Notes under the pieces: model-generated
What the model saw: the letters and a program-made list of their open reading frames with translations, nothing else
Database searches by the model: none
Told to the model about the DNA's origin: nothing
Part shown: one piece after another, positions 19,203 to 32,503 of the stretch
Position numbering within the stretch: position 1 is the first letter of the stretch
Layout of the letters: every line of letters begins with the position of its first letter
NCBI GenBank assembly: GCA_963714255.1
Contig: CAVQNU010000031.1
Span: 76,323 to 140,322 of the forward strand
Source of the DNA: an uncultured Alphaproteobacteria bacterium
GTDB taxonomy: Bacteria > Pseudomonadota > Alphaproteobacteria > Acetobacterales > Acetobacteraceae
DNA length: 64,000 bases
Direction: 5' to 3'
Program-made: the position numbers and the translations under genes

Positions 19203-19670
19203 TCACCCGATCGCCAGCCCCTCGCGCGCCGCCGTCGCCAGCCGGTCGGCGCGTTCGTTCATCACATCTCCCGAGTGCCCGCGCACCCAGCGCCACTCCA
19301 CCACGTGACGTTTCTCCGCCGCCAGCAGGCGCTGCCACAGCTCCATATTGGCCACCGGGTCGCCGGCCGCATTGCGCCAGTTGCGCCGCACCCAGCCGGT
19401 GTGCCAGCGCGTCACCCCGTTGCGCACGTATTCGCTGTCGGTGTGTACCACCACGCGACACGGCCGGGTCAGCGCCTCCAGCGCCGCCGCCGCCGCGGTG
19501 AGTTCCATGCGGTTGTTGGTGGTCGCCGGATCGGCGCCGGACAATTCCCGCTCGCGGCCGCGGAAGCGCAGGATCGCCGCCCAGCCGCCCGGTCCCGGAT
19601 TGGGCTTGCAGCCGCCATCGGTCCAGATCTCGACCTCCGGCTTCCCGGCGGGCGCCTCGTCAGAGGCCAT
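19203..19670 (-). CDS. rnhA: Ribonuclease HI
   Basis: 155 aa. IWTDGGC, TNNRMEL, HTDSEYV and the C-terminal [12 protein letters not shown] motifs. Confidence 0.9.
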   Translation of the reverse strand: MASDEAPAGKPEVEIWTDGGCKPNPGPGGWAAILRFRGRERELSGADPATTNNRMELTAAAAALEALTRPCRVVVHTDSEYVRNGVTRWHTGWVRRNWRNAAGDPVANMELWQRLLAAEKRHVVEWRWVRGHSGDVMNERADRLATAAREGLAIG

Positions 19671-20619
19671 AAGCGTGCTCGTCGCGGGCGGTGAGGTGAA
19701 ACCGCAGGCGCCGGACGTATTCCATCGGGTCCTTGCGGGTCACCAGCGCCCCGGCCGGGGTGTTGATCCAGTCGAACAGCCGGGTCAGCGCGAAGCGGAT
19801 CGCCGCGCCCTGGCAGAGCACCGGCAGCACCGCGAGCTCGGTGGCCGATAGCGGCCGGATGGCGGCATAGGCCCGGCACATCGCCCGCGCCTTGGTCACG
19901 TTCAGCGACAGATCAGCCTCGAAGCACCAGGCGTTCAGGCACACCGCGAGGTCATAGGCCAGAATATCGGTGGCGGCGAAATAGAAGTCGATCAGCCCGG
20001 ACAGTCTGCCTTCAAGAAAAAACACGTTGTCGGGGAACAGATCGGCGTGGATGTGCCCGACCGGCAGCCCCTGCGGCCAAGCCGCCAGAATGCGCGACAG
20101 CGCCGCCGCCAATTCGGCGCCGAGCCCGAATTGCACGCTGTTGGCCCCGGGCCGGCTGCGGTCCAGCAGCGGCCCCCAGCCCTCCGGCCCGAGCGCGTTG
20201 CGGCGCGTCGCTTTATACCCGGCGCCGGCCAGATGCAGCGCCGCCAGCGCCTCGCCCACCGGTCCGCAATGCTCCGGCCGCACCCGGCGCGGCCACACGC
20301 CGGGCAGGAACGTGGTGATGGCGGCATGCCGGCCGCACAGCAACCGCAGCGCCACCCCGTCGCGCCCGTGCACCGGCCGCGGGCAGGTAATGCCGTGCCC
20401 GGCCAGATGTTGCATCAGGCCGAGAAACCAGGGCAGGTCCAGCGGGTCCACCCGCTTCTCATACAGCGTCAGGATGTAGTCGCCGGCGGTGGTCTTGAGG
20501 GAGAAGTTGCTGTTCTCCACCCCCTCGGCAATGCCGCGGAAGGCCACCAGATCGCCGATGTCGTAGTCGGCCAGGAAAACGGTCAGCGCGTCGTCGGAGA
20601 CCTGGGTGTAGACGGCCAT
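19660..20619 (-). CDS. thrB: Homoserine kinase, ThrB type II (APH fold)
   Basis: [10 protein letters not shown]...[23 protein letters not shown]-terminus and the [11 protein letters not shown] catalytic loop. Confidence 0.9.
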   Translation of the reverse strand: MAVYTQVSDDALTVFLADYDIGDLVAFRGIAEGVENSNFSLKTTAGDYILTLYEKRVDPLDLPWFLGLMQHLAGHGITCPRPVHGRDGVALRLLCGRHAAITTFLPGVWPRRVRPEHCGPVGEALAALHLAGAGYKATRRNALGPEGWGPLLDRSRPGANSVQFGLGAELAAALSRILAAWPQGLPVGHIHADLFPDNVFFLEGRLSGLIDFYFAATDILAYDLAVCLNAWCFEADLSLNVTKARAMCRAYAAIRPLSATELAVLPVLCQGAAIRFALTRLFDWINTPAGALVTRKDPMEYVRRLRFHLTARDEHAYGL

Positions 20620-20658
20620 CGGCGGGGAGCAGTCCTCGAAGGGAACGCCCCGCCTACC

Positions 20659-21612
20659 TCACGCCAGGGGCGCAGGCAACCGGAACACCACGTCCTCGTC
20701 CACCACCCGCCGTTCCTCCACCGAAAGCGTGTAGTGGCTGCCGAGCCGCTCCAGCAGCGCTTCGACCAGTTCCTCCGGCGCCGAGGCGCCGGCGCTGATG
20801 CCCAGCACGCCAACCCCGTCGAGCTCCGCCCAGTCGAGCATTTCCGGCCGCGGCAGCAGCAAGGACCGGGCAGCGCCGGAGCGCTCGGCCACCTCGCGCA
20901 GGCGTTGTGAGTTCGACGAATTCGGGCTGCCGATCACCAGCACCAGGTCCGCACCGGGCGCGATCGCCTTCACCGCCGCCTGGCGGTTGGTGGTGGCGTA
21001 GCAGATATCCTCGCGCTTCGGGCCGCTGATGGAAGGGAAACGTTCGCGCAGCACGGCGACGATCTCGGCGGTGTCGTCCACCGACAAGGTGGTCTGGGTG
21101 ATAAAGGCGAGATCCCCCGGCGGTGGGCGTACGCTGCTGGCCTCGTCGGCATCTTGCACCAGGGTCATCGCCCCCGCCGGCAACTGGCCCATCGTGCCTT
21201 CCACTTCCGGGTGGCCGGCATGGCCGATCATCAGGATATGGCGTTCGGCGGCAAAGTGCCGTTCGGCCTCGCGGTGCACCTTGGACACCAAGGGACAGGT
21301 GGCATCGAGATAGAGCAGCTTGCGCCGGCGCGCCTCGTCGGGCACCGACTTCGGCACGCCATGGGCCGAGAACACGACATGCCCGTCATCCGGCACGGCG
21401 TCGAGCTCGTCGACGAACACCGCCCCCTTGGCTTCGAGTTGTTCCACCACGGTGCGGTTGTGCACGATCTCATGGCGGACGTAGACAGGCGCGCCATAGC
21501 GGCGCAATGCCTCCTCCACCACGCGGATGGCACGGTCCACGCCGGCACAGAAGCCGCGCGGGGCAGCCAACAGGATGCGAAGGGACGGCTTTTGGGAAAC
21601 GGTTTCGGGCAT
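20659..21612 (-). CDS. ispH: 4-hydroxy-3-methylbut-2-enyl diphosphate reductase
   Basis: Start chosen at the ATG at 21612 ([29 protein letters not shown]). Motifs [22 protein letters not shown]. The longer 459-aa ORF has a non-homologous Arg/Ala-rich N-terminus. Confidence 0.9.
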   Translation of the reverse strand: MPETVSQKPSLRILLAAPRGFCAGVDRAIRVVEEALRRYGAPVYVRHEIVHNRTVVEQLEAKGAVFVDELDAVPDDGHVVFSAHGVPKSVPDEARRRKLLYLDATCPLVSKVHREAERHFAAERHILMIGHAGHPEVEGTMGQLPAGAMTLVQDADEASSVRPPPGDLAFITQTTLSVDDTAEIVAVLRERFPSISGPKREDICYATTNRQAAVKAIAPGADLVLVIGSPNSSNSQRLREVAERSGAARSLLLPRPEMLDWAELDGVGVLGISAGASAPEELVEALLERLGSHYTLSVEERRVVDEDVVFRLPAPLA

Positions 21613-21694
21613 GTTGTCCGTTGCGCTGGGTCGCCTCACTATGGTCGTGATCGGTTCTTTGGACAAATGCCCGTCCTTCATCTCGGAGTTGCGG

Positions 21695-22342
21695 ATGCGC
21701 TTTTCTGACCCTGCCAGCCCCACCCCGCCGGGCGTCCTTGCGTCCTTGCCCAAGAGAGTGGCGGCGCGCGGGACGGCTGCAATCCCCGGTCGGCACCGGG
21801 TTGGCCGGCGCGCCCGCAGCCTGCGGACGGCATTGCTGCTGGCCGCCGCGGCGGGGTCGCTTGGCGCCTGCTCGCGGCCGGACGCCTTCGCTCCGGCCTG
21901 CCCGCAGCTCGCCCTGTTGACGGACGGCGCCGACCTCGCACGCTTCGCCGGCACCGGGCGTGACATCACCGATCTCGTGCTCGACGCCCACCTCACCACC
22001 GTCCCCGCTGCCTGCCGCTGGGCCGACGAACGGCACACCAGGGTCGAGGCAAAACTGCAGGTCGCGATGGCGCTCAGCCGCGGACCGGCGATGCAAGGGC
22101 GAACGGCCGACCTGCGCTACTTCGTCGCCGTCTCCGAGGGCGACGAAATCCTGGACAAGCAGGTGTATGCCGCGCGCGCCGATTTCCCGGCCAATACCGA
22201 ACGGCTTGCCCTCAGCAGTCCCGAAATCAGCATGCTGTTTCCGGTGAGCAAGGAGAAATCCGCCGCCGCGTACAAGATCACTGTCAGCTTCCAGCTTACG
22301 CCTGAAGAGCTTGCTGCCAACCGAAGCCATGGCGGGCATTGA
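21695..22342 (+). CDS. Lipoprotein of unknown function
   Basis: Lipobox [16 protein letters not shown] at 21695. High GC3. Confidence 0.55.
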   Translation: MRFSDPASPTPPGVLASLPKRVAARGTAAIPGRHRVGRRARSLRTALLLAAAAGSLGACSRPDAFAPACPQLALLTDGADLARFAGTGRDITDLVLDAHLTTVPAACRWADERHTRVEAKLQVAMALSRGPAMQGRTADLRYFVAVSEGDEILDKQVYAARADFPANTERLALSSPEISMLFPVSKEKSAAAYKITVSFQLTPEELAANRSHGGH

Positions 22343-22360
22343 CGGGCAGCGGCGGCGAGA

Positions 22361-22393
22361 AAGCAAGGCCAGGGCTCTGCCCTGGCCTTGCTT
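22361..22393. terminator. 15-bp perfect hairpin built from the repeat core
   Basis: aagcaaggccagggc-tct-gccctggccttgctt, 19 nt after the lipoprotein stop. No T-tract. Confidence 0.5.
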
Positions 22394-22467
22394 CCTACCG
22401 CCGACCGCCCCGGCAAACCCGCTTGAACCCGCCGCCGCGATCCGGCATTTTGATGGCGTTCGGATAT

Positions 22468-22680
22468 CCCACGCGGGAGAAAATCGCCGTCCCGTGCCGC
22501 CAGGTAAGGGCGGGTGATCGCCGAAGGCGCAACCGGCCCCCGGAAACGCTCAGGCAAAAGGACCGCGCAGGAGAACGGATCTCTGGAAAGCCGGCCGGGC
22601 CAGGTCCCTGCCGCACCGACGGAGTAAGGACGGCGTGTGCCCGTCTGAATCTCTCAGGTTCCGCGACAGAGGGGGGTCGA
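22468..22680 (+). promoter_or_regulatory. Tandem glycine riboswitch leader of gcvTHP
   Basis: Aptamer 1: cgggagaaaa...gatcgccgaaggcgcaa...ctcaggcaaaaggac. Aptamer 2: ctctggaaag...gcaccgacggagtaa...tctctcaggttccgcgacagagg. Located directly upstream of gcvT. Confidence 0.75.
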
Positions 22681-22757
22681 CGGGTCAGGTCGGGCGGCCG
22701 ACTGTGACCCATCTTCCGGCATCGGGCCGGGAGACGACCCGAAAGCGGAGCCACGAC

Positions 22758-23912
22758 GTGACAATCGAGTTCGGACCCGAACCGGCGGACTACGCCCCGC
22801 TCAAGACCTCGCCGCTTGACCTGCTGAACAAGGCGCTCGGCGCCCGCACGGTCGGCTTCGCCGGCTGGTCGATGCCGGTGCATTACAGCGGCGGCGTGCT
22901 GGCCGAGCACCTGCACTGCCGCGCCGACGGCGGCGCGGCGCTGTTCGATGTCTCCCACATGGGCCAGATCAGCCTGCACGGCACCGCCGCGGCGGTGGCG
23001 CTGGAGGCGCTGGTGCCCGGCGACATCCAGGGCCTCAAGCCCGGCCGGCAGCGCTACACCATGCTGACCAACGAGGCCGGCGGCATCATCGACGACCTGA
23101 TGGTGGCGACACTCGCCCCCGACCGTTTGTTCCTGGTGCTCAACGCCAGCCGGCGCGACATCGACATCCGCCATCTCGAAGAATACCTGCCGTCCGGCGT
23201 CACCCTGGAGCGGCACGACGACCGGGCGCTGCTGGCCTTGCAGGGGCCCGGGGCCGCCGCCGTCATGGGCCGGCTGGGTCCGGAGGCCGCCGCGCTGCCG
23301 TTCATGGGGGTCGGCACATTTTCCGTCGGCGGCGCCGATTGCCTGGTGTCGCGCTCCGGCTACACCGGCGAGGACGGGTTCGAAATCTCGGTCCCCGACC
23401 GGCAGGCCGACCGGCTGGCCCGGCTGCTGGTCAACCAGCCGGAGGTGCAGCCCGCCGGGCTCGGCGCCCGCGACAGCCTGCGGCTGGAAGCCGGGTTGTG
23501 TCTTTATGGCAACGACCTCGACGACGTCACCACGCCGATCGAAGCCGGGCTCGCCTGGGTCATCGGCAAACGCCGGCGCGAGGAGTGGGCTTTCCCCGGC
23601 GGTATCGTCATGCGCGACCAGTTGCGCCATGGCTGCCACCGACTGCGGGTGGGCATCCGCCCGGAAGGCCGCGCCCCGGCCCGCGCCGGCACCCTCATCG
23701 TCGCCGCGAACGGCACCTCCGCCGGCAGCGTCACCTCCGGCGGGTTCGCCCCCTCGCTGAACGCGCCAGCCGCCATGGGCTATGTCCGCCGCGACCTCGC
23801 CGCCGCGGGAACGGCGCTGCGCCTGCAGGTGCGCGGCCGCTCGCTGCCCGCCAGCGTCGTCCCCCTGCCCTTCGTTCCCCACCGTTACGCCTCCCACCCC
23901 TTCGTGCAGTGA
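22758..23912 (+). CDS. gcvT: Glycine cleavage system aminomethyltransferase T
   Basis: GTG at 22758 after aagcggag. Motifs [31 protein letters not shown]. The longer ORF start lies inside the riboswitch. Confidence 0.85.
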   Translation: MTIEFGPEPADYAPLKTSPLDLLNKALGARTVGFAGWSMPVHYSGGVLAEHLHCRADGGAALFDVSHMGQISLHGTAAAVALEALVPGDIQGLKPGRQRYTMLTNEAGGIIDDLMVATLAPDRLFLVLNASRRDIDIRHLEEYLPSGVTLERHDDRALLALQGPGAAAVMGRLGPEAAALPFMGVGTFSVGGADCLVSRSGYTGEDGFEISVPDRQADRLARLLVNQPEVQPAGLGARDSLRLEAGLCLYGNDLDDVTTPIEAGLAWVIGKRRREEWAFPGGIVMRDQLRHGCHRLRVGIRPEGRAPARAGTLIVAANGTSAGSVTSGGFAPSLNAPAAMGYVRRDLAAAGTALRLQVRGRSLPASVVPLPFVPHRYASHPFVQ

Positions 23913-23925
23913 AGGAGCCCGCCCC

Positions 23926-24296
23926 ATGTCCGAAACAAGGTTCACCAAGGACCACGAATGGGTCCGCCGCGACGGCGGCATCGCCACCATCGGCATCACC
24001 GCGCATGCCCAGGAAGCGCTGGGGGATGTGGTGTTCGTGGAACTCCCCGAGCCCGGCCGCGAGGTTGGCGCCGGCGAGGCCTGCGCCGTGGTGGAGAGCG
24101 TCAAGGCCGCCTCCGACGTCTACGCCCCGCTCGCCGGACGGGTGGTCGAAACCAACCAGGCGATCGTCGACGACCCCGCTTTGGTCAACCGCGCCCCCAC
24201 CGGCGAGGGCTGGTTCTTCCGCCTCGAACTGGCCGACCCCGCCAGCTTCGCCACCCTGCTGGATGCCGCGGCCTATGAGGCGCTGCTGGAGAGCGA

Positions 24297-24300
<4 letters not shown>
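23926..24300 (+). CDS. gcvH: Glycine cleavage system H protein
   Basis: [13 protein letters not shown]..., lipoyl-Lys motif VESVKAASD. Confidence 0.9.
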
Positions 24301-27176
<2,876 letters not shown>

Positions 27177-27385
27177 GGAAGGCCAGGGCTCTGCCCTGGA
27201 CCCGCCAGGGGGCAGTGGCCCCCTGGACCCCGTTACTTAAGCATTTGTCTTGAGAGGGGGGGTGAGGCGGTGAACCGGTTCACCGCCTCACCCCCCCCTC
27301 TCAAGACAAATGCCTAAAAGTAATGGGTTCCAAGGGCCTTTCGGCCCTTGGCGGGGTCCAGGGGCAGAGCCCCTGGCCTTCCTTT
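27177..27385. repeat. Composite ~210-bp inverted repeat (two repeat units flanking a unique palindromic core)
   Basis: Arms gaaggccagggctctgccctggacccgcc...cttaagcatttgtcttgagaggggggg and their imperfect complement. Core ggtgaggcggtgaaccggttcaccgcctcacc. Fills the whole gcvP / kinase-like gene spacer. Confidence 0.85.
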
Positions 27386-27386
27386 C

Positions 27387-27944
27387 TTACTCCGCCACCC
27401 GAGCGCACTCCTCCAGCGCCTCGCGCATAAGGACGCGCGTCGGCCGGCCGCCGTCGAGCCGCAGCACCTGGCAGGGCAGTTCCAGCAGCCACGCCTCGTG
27501 GCGCCGCCGGCTGCGTCCCTCGCGCAGGCCGGTATCGTAGGCAGCGGTCCAGTCCAGGAACGCCTGATGCTCGTCGTGCATCGCTCCGCCGGGGGCAATC
27601 GCGGCCTCCCCGTAGCGCACCCGCTGGCGTGCAGCGATGCGTGCCAGCCGCAATTCGGTTGGCGTGTCCAGCCAGATCACCAGATCGAACAGCGGCACCA
27701 ACGGCCCGCCCCAACTGTCGAGCGAGCCGGACAGCACCCAGGCCCGCCGCTCGCCCAGCAGCTCCCCCAGCAGGCGCAACCGGTCGACCACCGGCCGTTT
27801 GCGGCGATAGGGCGGGTCGGTCGGCACCCAAAAGAAATCATCGGTGTCGAAATGCGGCGCAGCCAGGCGCTGGGCCAGGGCACGGCCCAGCGTGGTCGTG
27901 CCCGACCCGGACGCGCCGGTGATGTGCACCCGTGCCCTGGGCAT
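27387..27944 (-). CDS. P-loop NTPase, adenylate-kinase-like / AAA family ATPase
   Basis: ATG at 27944. Walker A HITGASGSGTTTLG. 185 aa. Confidence 0.7.
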   Translation of the reverse strand: MPRARVHITGASGSGTTTLGRALAQRLAAPHFDTDDFFWVPTDPPYRRKRPVVDRLRLLGELLGERRAWVLSGSLDSWGGPLVPLFDLVIWLDTPTELRLARIAARQRVRYGEAAIAPGGAMHDEHQAFLDWTAAYDTGLREGRSRRRHEAWLLELPCQVLRLDGGRPTRVLMREALEECARVAE

Positions 27945-28012
27945 GGCGATCTCCGCACGAAAAAGGGGCAGCCCTTGGGCCGCCCCCATCCTGTCGCCTG
28001 AGCCGCAGCCGG

Positions 28013-28522
28013 TCAGGCGGCCCGGCGGCCCAGCGCGCTGGGCAGGCCGCCGATGGCCTGATCGATCAGTGCCGCGTCGGCGGCGGCGGTAAAGTCCTCC
28101 CGGATGACCCGCTCGGCCGCGGCCGCGGCGATCTCGGCGGCGGCAATGCGGACCTCGTCCACCGCGGCCTTCTCGGCGGCGGCGATCCGGTCGAGCGCCA
28201 TGCGCTCGCGGCGCGCGGCGGCGGCCTTGGCTTCCGCCTCGGCCGCGGCAGCCAGCCGGATTGCCTCGGCGCGGGCGCCTTCCAGCAAGGCGTTGGCGTC
28301 GGCAATCGCGGCCACGCGGCGTGCGCTGGCATCGCGCAGCATCGCCTCGGCTTCTTCGCGCAGGCGCTTGGCCTCGTCCAGTTCGGCGCGAACGGCGGCG
28401 GTCCTTGCGTCCAGCATCCCGGCGATCGCCGCCCACAGCTTGCGGCCGAGCAACAGGAAGAAGGTGATGTAGGCGATCGCAACCCAGCTTGTCGGCTCGG
28501 CGAAGAAGTTGACTTCGTGCAT
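28013..28522 (-). CDS. atpF: F0F1 ATP synthase subunit b
   Basis: ATG at 28522. One TM (WVAIAYITFFLLLG) followed by a long Ala/Glu/Arg coiled coil. Last gene of the F0 operon. Confidence 0.85.
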   Translation of the reverse strand: MHEVNFFAEPTSWVAIAYITFFLLLGRKLWAAIAGMLDARTAAVRAELDEAKRLREEAEAMLRDASARRVAAIADANALLEGARAEAIRLAAAAEAEAKAAAARRERMALDRIAAAEKAAVDEVRIAAAEIAAAAAERVIREDFTAAADAALIDQAIGGLPSALGRRAA

Positions 28523-28532
28523 GCGGGCCTCC

Positions 28533-29102
28533 TCAGCCCTGGCCGCGCGCGGCCAGGGCGGCGCCGACGGCCTGGTCGACCAGAGCGCGCCCTGGCACAC
28601 GGCCGGTCAGACGGGTGATCACGACGTCAGCGGTCTCGGTCGCGACCTCCCGCAGCGCCCCCAGCGCGGCGGCGCGGGCAACGGCGATGCTCTGCTCGGC
28701 GGCGTCGAGCTGGGCGTCCAGCCGCGCGTTCAGCTCGGCCGACTGCGCCGCCGCGCTATCCTTGGCGCGCGCCACGGAGGCGGCGATCTCGGCCTGCGCC
28801 TCGGCATTCGCCTTGCGGGTCGCCGCGTTGCTGGCGGCGACCGCAGCATCGGAGTCGGCCTTGGATTTGCGGGCAGCCTCCAGGTCCTCGGCGATCGACA
28901 CGGCGCGGGCTTCCAGCACGCCGGCCACTTTCGGCAGACCCCAGCGGGAGAGCAACACGTAGAGGGACGCGAAGATGACGACCAGCCAGAACACCTGGCT
29001 GGTCGTCAGCGGATTCTTGAAGTCCAGCTGCGGCATGCCTTCCGCCATGGCGGCGGCGGGCATGGCCAGCAGAACTATTGCGGCGACAGCAATCCGGCGC
29101 AT
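28533..29102 (-). CDS. F0F1 ATP synthase subunit b-prime
   Basis: MPQLDFKNPLTTSQVFWLVVIFASLYVLLSRWGLPK signature of alphaproteobacterial b-prime, followed by a coiled coil. Confidence 0.85.
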   Translation of the reverse strand: MRRIAVAAIVLLAMPAAAMAEGMPQLDFKNPLTTSQVFWLVVIFASLYVLLSRWGLPKVAGVLEARAVSIAEDLEAARKSKADSDAAVAASNAATRKANAEAQAEIAASVARAKDSAAAQSAELNARLDAQLDAAEQSIAVARAAALGALREVATETADVVITRLTGRVPGRALVDQAVGAALAARGQG

Positions 29103-29176
29103 GGGGGCTCCCGGCGAAGGCTTGGTGGCAAAGGCTGGGGGCGCGGCTGCGCCCCGCCCGTCAGACGCAAGGCCTG

Positions 29177-29401
29177 TCAGCCGAACAGGATGATGAACGA
29201 GAAAACCAGCTGATAAAGCGCCACCGCTTCGGTCAGCGCGAAGCCCAGAATGGCGAGGCCGAAAACGTTGGCGCGGGCCGACGGGTTGCGGGCGATGCTC
29301 GACACCAGGGCAGCGAAGATCGTGCCGATACCGATGCCGACGCCACCGACGCCAATGACCGAGAGCCCAGCGCCAATCAGCTTCGCAGAAGCGAGATCCA
29401 T
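29177..29401 (-). CDS. atpE: F0F1 ATP synthase subunit c
   Basis: 74 aa hairpin with GxGxGxG (IGVGGVGIGIG) and RNP loop (ARNPSA). Carboxylate in LTEAVAL. Confidence 0.95.
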   Translation of the reverse strand: MDLASAKLIGAGLSVIGVGGVGIGIGTIFAALVSSIARNPSARANVFGLAILGFALTEAVALYQLVFSFIILFG

Positions 29402-29479
29402 ATGTCCGGTTCCTTTCTTGATCCAGGTGCGCCGGCAGCACCGAGCCGCAGGCCGCGCGGATGGTGGTGTTAACGGTGG

Positions 29480-30241
29480 CTAGTGGAGGTGCACGGCGTC
29501 GTGCAGGTAGATGCAGGTCAGCAAGGCAAACACGTAGGCCTGCAGCACGGCGACCAGGAATTCGAAGCCGATCAGCACGACATCCACCGAGAACGACAGG
29601 GCGGCCGGTGCCCAGTACAGCGCGCCGGCAGTGCCCAGCATCACGATGAAGGCGCCGAACACCTCCAGCATCATGTGGCCCGCCACCATGTTGGCGAACA
29701 GTCGGACCGACAGGGAGATGAGCCGCGACAGATACGATAGGATCTCGATCGGAATCAGCAGCGGCATCAGCGCGATCGGCACGCCGGGCGGTGCGAAATA
29801 GGTGAAGAACTTCCACCCGTGCAGGCGCAGCGCCACCGCGGTGGTCAACACCCAGACCAGAACCGTCAGGGTGAGCGTGTTGGCGATATGGCTGGTGAAG
29901 GTGAACGCGTACGGCCAGATGCCGATCAGGTTGCCGAACAGGATGAAGAAGAACAACGCGAACACCAGAGGGAAGAACTTCTTGCCCTCCTCGCCGATGT
30001 TCTCGATGCACATGCTGTGGACGAAATTGTAGCTCAGTTCCGCCAGCGCCTGCAGCCGGCCGGGCACGATCGCCCGCTTGCGCGCCCCGAAATGCAGCAT
30101 CGCCAGAGTCAGGCAAGCGGCCAGCACCATCATCAGGTTGGCCTGGGTGAAATTCACGGACTCGCCTATGTGCGCGCCCACCGTGTGGAGCTGGAATTGC
30201 CCCAGGACGTCAATTCCGTGTCCTTCAGCCGCCACTGTCAC
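29480..30241 (-). CDS. atpB: F0F1 ATP synthase subunit a
   Basis: 253 aa polytopic. Conserved LSVRLFANMVAGH (essential Arg). Confidence 0.95.
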   Translation of the reverse strand: MTVAAEGHGIDVLGQFQLHTVGAHIGESVNFTQANLMMVLAACLTLAMLHFGARKRAIVPGRLQALAELSYNFVHSMCIENIGEEGKKFFPLVFALFFFILFGNLIGIWPYAFTFTSHIANTLTLTVLVWVLTTAVALRLHGWKFFTYFAPPGVPIALMPLLIPIEILSYLSRLISLSVRLFANMVAGHMMLEVFGAFIVMLGTAGALYWAPAALSFSVDVVLIGFEFLVAVLQAYVFALLTCIYLHDAVHLH

Positions 30242-30608
30242 GTCCTTTACGTCCGGGGCCGCCGCGCCGGCGGCCCGTCAGTTCCGACACTGGCCCGGCG
30301 CCTGCTGCCCCCGGCCCCATCAGGCGCCAGACATTGGCAACACCCGCCGCACCCCCAAGCAGCACGAACACCCCCATCAGCACCGGCGAGGTGTGAAGCC
30401 ACTTGTCAAGCCACCAGCCGATGGCCACCGCCACCACCAGGGCGGAAACGAGTTCCAGACCCACCCGGAGGCCGATGCTCAGCGCCGAAGCGCCAAGCTG
30501 CCCCAGACCGCCGGACTGATCCGGCGGCTTTGGGTCCATCCCGTGCCTTTGCCGTGCGGCCTGCAGCCTGTCCTCGAAGGACCCGCCGCCCTCCTCGTCC
30601 CCGCTCAT
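30225..30608 (-). CDS. atpI: ATP synthase protein I (AtpI-like)
   Basis: Small two-TM protein immediately upstream of, and overlapping, atpB. ATG at 30608. Confidence 0.65.
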   Translation of the reverse strand: MSGDEEGGGSFEDRLQAARQRHGMDPKPPDQSGGLGQLGASALSIGLRVGLELVSALVVAVAIGWWLDKWLHTSPVLMGVFVLLGGAAGVANVWRLMGPGAAGAGPVSELTGRRRGGPGRKGRDSGG

Positions 30609-30840
30609 GCGTCTGCCCCTGTGCAAGCTGCCTTGCGGGAAGGCGTCCGCTTGCTAACCGTGGGGGAGCAGGGTGTCAAGAACGGGTGGCTGGCGTGACC
30701 TCAGGCGCTTGGGGAAGAAATGTAACGGTGTCGCTGCAGCGACGCCCGGCGAACGGTTGATGTGTCGAACCTGCTATGGAGACGCGGCGGATTGCTGTAT
30801 GCGATGACGTTGCAATCGACGTGGGAGGAAGGAACGTCCC

Positions 30841-31656
30841 ATGACCCCGCCGGAACTGTGCGATTCGGTCCTGTCCGTCGAGGGCCGTATTGCAGTGCTG
30901 ACGATGAACCGCCACGAAGTGCGCAACGAGCTGACCGGCACCAAGCTGGCCGCTGAGATCGCCGAGGTGGCGGACTGGATCAACCGCGACGAGCGCGTTT
31001 CCGTTCTCGTTCTCACCGGAGAGGGCTCGGCTTTCTCGGCCGGCGGCAACGTCAAGCACATGCTGGAGCGCGAGCACGGCAGTTTCGGCGGCGATGTCTA
31101 TACGGTGGCGGGCAAGTACCGGCAGGGCATTCAGCGCATGGCGCGGGCGTTGCAAAGCTTGGAAGTGCCCTCCATCGCCGCGGTGAACGGTCCGGCGATC
31201 GGGGCGGGGTTCGATCTCGCCTGCATGTGCGATGTGCGCATTGGCTCGACCGAGGCCAGCGTGGCGGAGAGTTTCCTCACCCTCGGTCTGATCCCGGGCG
31301 ATGGCGGCGGCTGGCTGCTGCAACGCCTGGTGGGCTGGCAGCGCGCCGCCGAACTCAGTTTCTCCGGCCGCAACGTGGGCGCGGAGGAGGCGCTGAAGCT
31401 GGGCATCTTTCTGGAGCTGGTGGAGCCCGACGACCTGCTGGCACGCGCACGCGAGATGGCCGCGAGCTTCGCCGCCAAGCCGCCGCAGGCGGTACGACTG
31501 ACCAAGCGGCTGCTGCGCTACGCCCAGCGGATGGAATTCCGCGACTATCTGGACGTCTGCGCCATGGCCCAGGGCATATGCCACAACACGGAAGACCATA
31601 TCGAAGCGGTCGGCGCCTTCCTGGAAAAGCGACCGCCCAGCTTCGACGGCCGATAG
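30841..31656 (+). CDS. Enoyl-CoA hydratase/isomerase (crotonase) family protein
   Basis: AFSAGGNVKHM oxyanion segment and PSIAAVNGPAIGAGFDLACMCDVRIG. Confidence 0.85.
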   Translation: MTPPELCDSVLSVEGRIAVLTMNRHEVRNELTGTKLAAEIAEVADWINRDERVSVLVLTGEGSAFSAGGNVKHMLEREHGSFGGDVYTVAGKYRQGIQRMARALQSLEVPSIAAVNGPAIGAGFDLACMCDVRIGSTEASVAESFLTLGLIPGDGGGWLLQRLVGWQRAAELSFSGRNVGAEEALKLGIFLELVEPDDLLARAREMAASFAAKPPQAVRLTKRLLRYAQRMEFRDYLDVCAMAQGICHNTEDHIEAVGAFLEKRPPSFDGR

Positions 31657-31708
31657 GGAGCCGATAGGGGCGGCAGCGGCGGCTGCGTCGCCGCCGCAAG
31701 CCGCGAGA

Positions 31709-32503
31709 TCACACCGACGGGCGGATCACCGACCGGTAGGCATGCCACGTGGCATGCCCGATCACCGGCATCGTCACGCACAGGCCAATATACCACGAGG
31801 CCAGCCCGGCGGCCATCAACAGAACGACCAGCACCGCCCACACCGCCATCGCGCGCGCGTTCAACGCCACGGCCGTGGCACTAGTGGCCAGCGCCTCCAT
31901 CAGCCCTTCGCGCCGGTCGAGCAACACCGGCAGCGAAAATGCCCCGCCGACGAAGGCGACTGTCGCCAGGATCGCGCCAACCGCGGTGCCCAAGGCCAGA
32001 AATGAGGCCCCTTGGGTGGTGAACAGCGTGCCTGACAGCACCCGCTCCCAGTCCGTCCCGGCGTCCGGGTAGGACAGCGCGAAGACCAGGGTGGCATAGC
32101 GCAGCCACACGATGAGGAACATCAGCACCGTCAGCCCGCAGGCGAACAGCGGACCAGGGTTTGCTAACCAGGCCCGGCAGGCGGAGCCGAGTGAGGGGTC
32201 GCGGTTGGCTTCGAGATCGCGGCTGATGGCATAGAAACCGACCGTGAAGGCGGGTCCGGCAAGCATGAACGCGATGCCGACCGGGACGATCAAGTACTCT
32301 AGATCAACGGCTGCCAACCCAGCGGTCATCCAGAATGTAGCGACGACGAACAGGAACGCGTATGCGGCGCTCAGCCCGCGACTGCGGCGAAAATCTTGCC
32401 AGCCGGCAGCCAACCATCGGAGTGGCTCGTCAGCCGGGACCATACGGACCCGATCGGCAAATGGCAGCAACGATCCCGGCGCATTGATTATCTGGCCAGA
32501 CAC
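31709..32503 (-). CDS. DUF2189-like integral membrane protein
   Basis: GTG at 32503 preceded by GGGAGGA. PLRWLAAGWQDFRR followed by multiple TM segments. Confidence 0.6.
   Translation of the reverse strand: MSGQIINAPGSLLPFADRVRMVPADEPLRWLAAGWQDFRRSRGLSAAYAFLFVVATFWMTAGLAAVDLEYLIVPVGIAFMLAGPAFTVGFYAISRDLEANRDPSLGSACRAWLANPGPLFACGLTVLMFLIVWLRYATLVFALSYPDAGTDWERVLSGTLFTTQGASFLALGTAVGAILATVAFVGGAFSLPVLLDRREGLMEALATSATAVALNARAMAVWAVLVVLLMAAGLASWYIGLCVTMPVIGHATWHAYRSVIRPSV

Noticed and set aside
20659-22038. 459-aa version of ispH, with similar long N-terminal extensions for gcvT (22635), ppc (35957), pepN (59537), hpnE (46409), atpF and others
   Set aside because: The extensions lack homology-like sequence, overlap upstream genes, the riboswitch or repeats, and internal starts with SD sequences match family N-termini.
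27310-27540. Small ORFs translated from repeat units (e.g. 27310-27540, 5907-6116, 59579-59767, 50122-50376) sharing peptides such as KARALPWTRQG or GQGLCPWTPP
   Set aside because: The shared peptides simply reflect the shared DNA repeat read in different frames and strands. There are no SD sequences and no independent coding signal.
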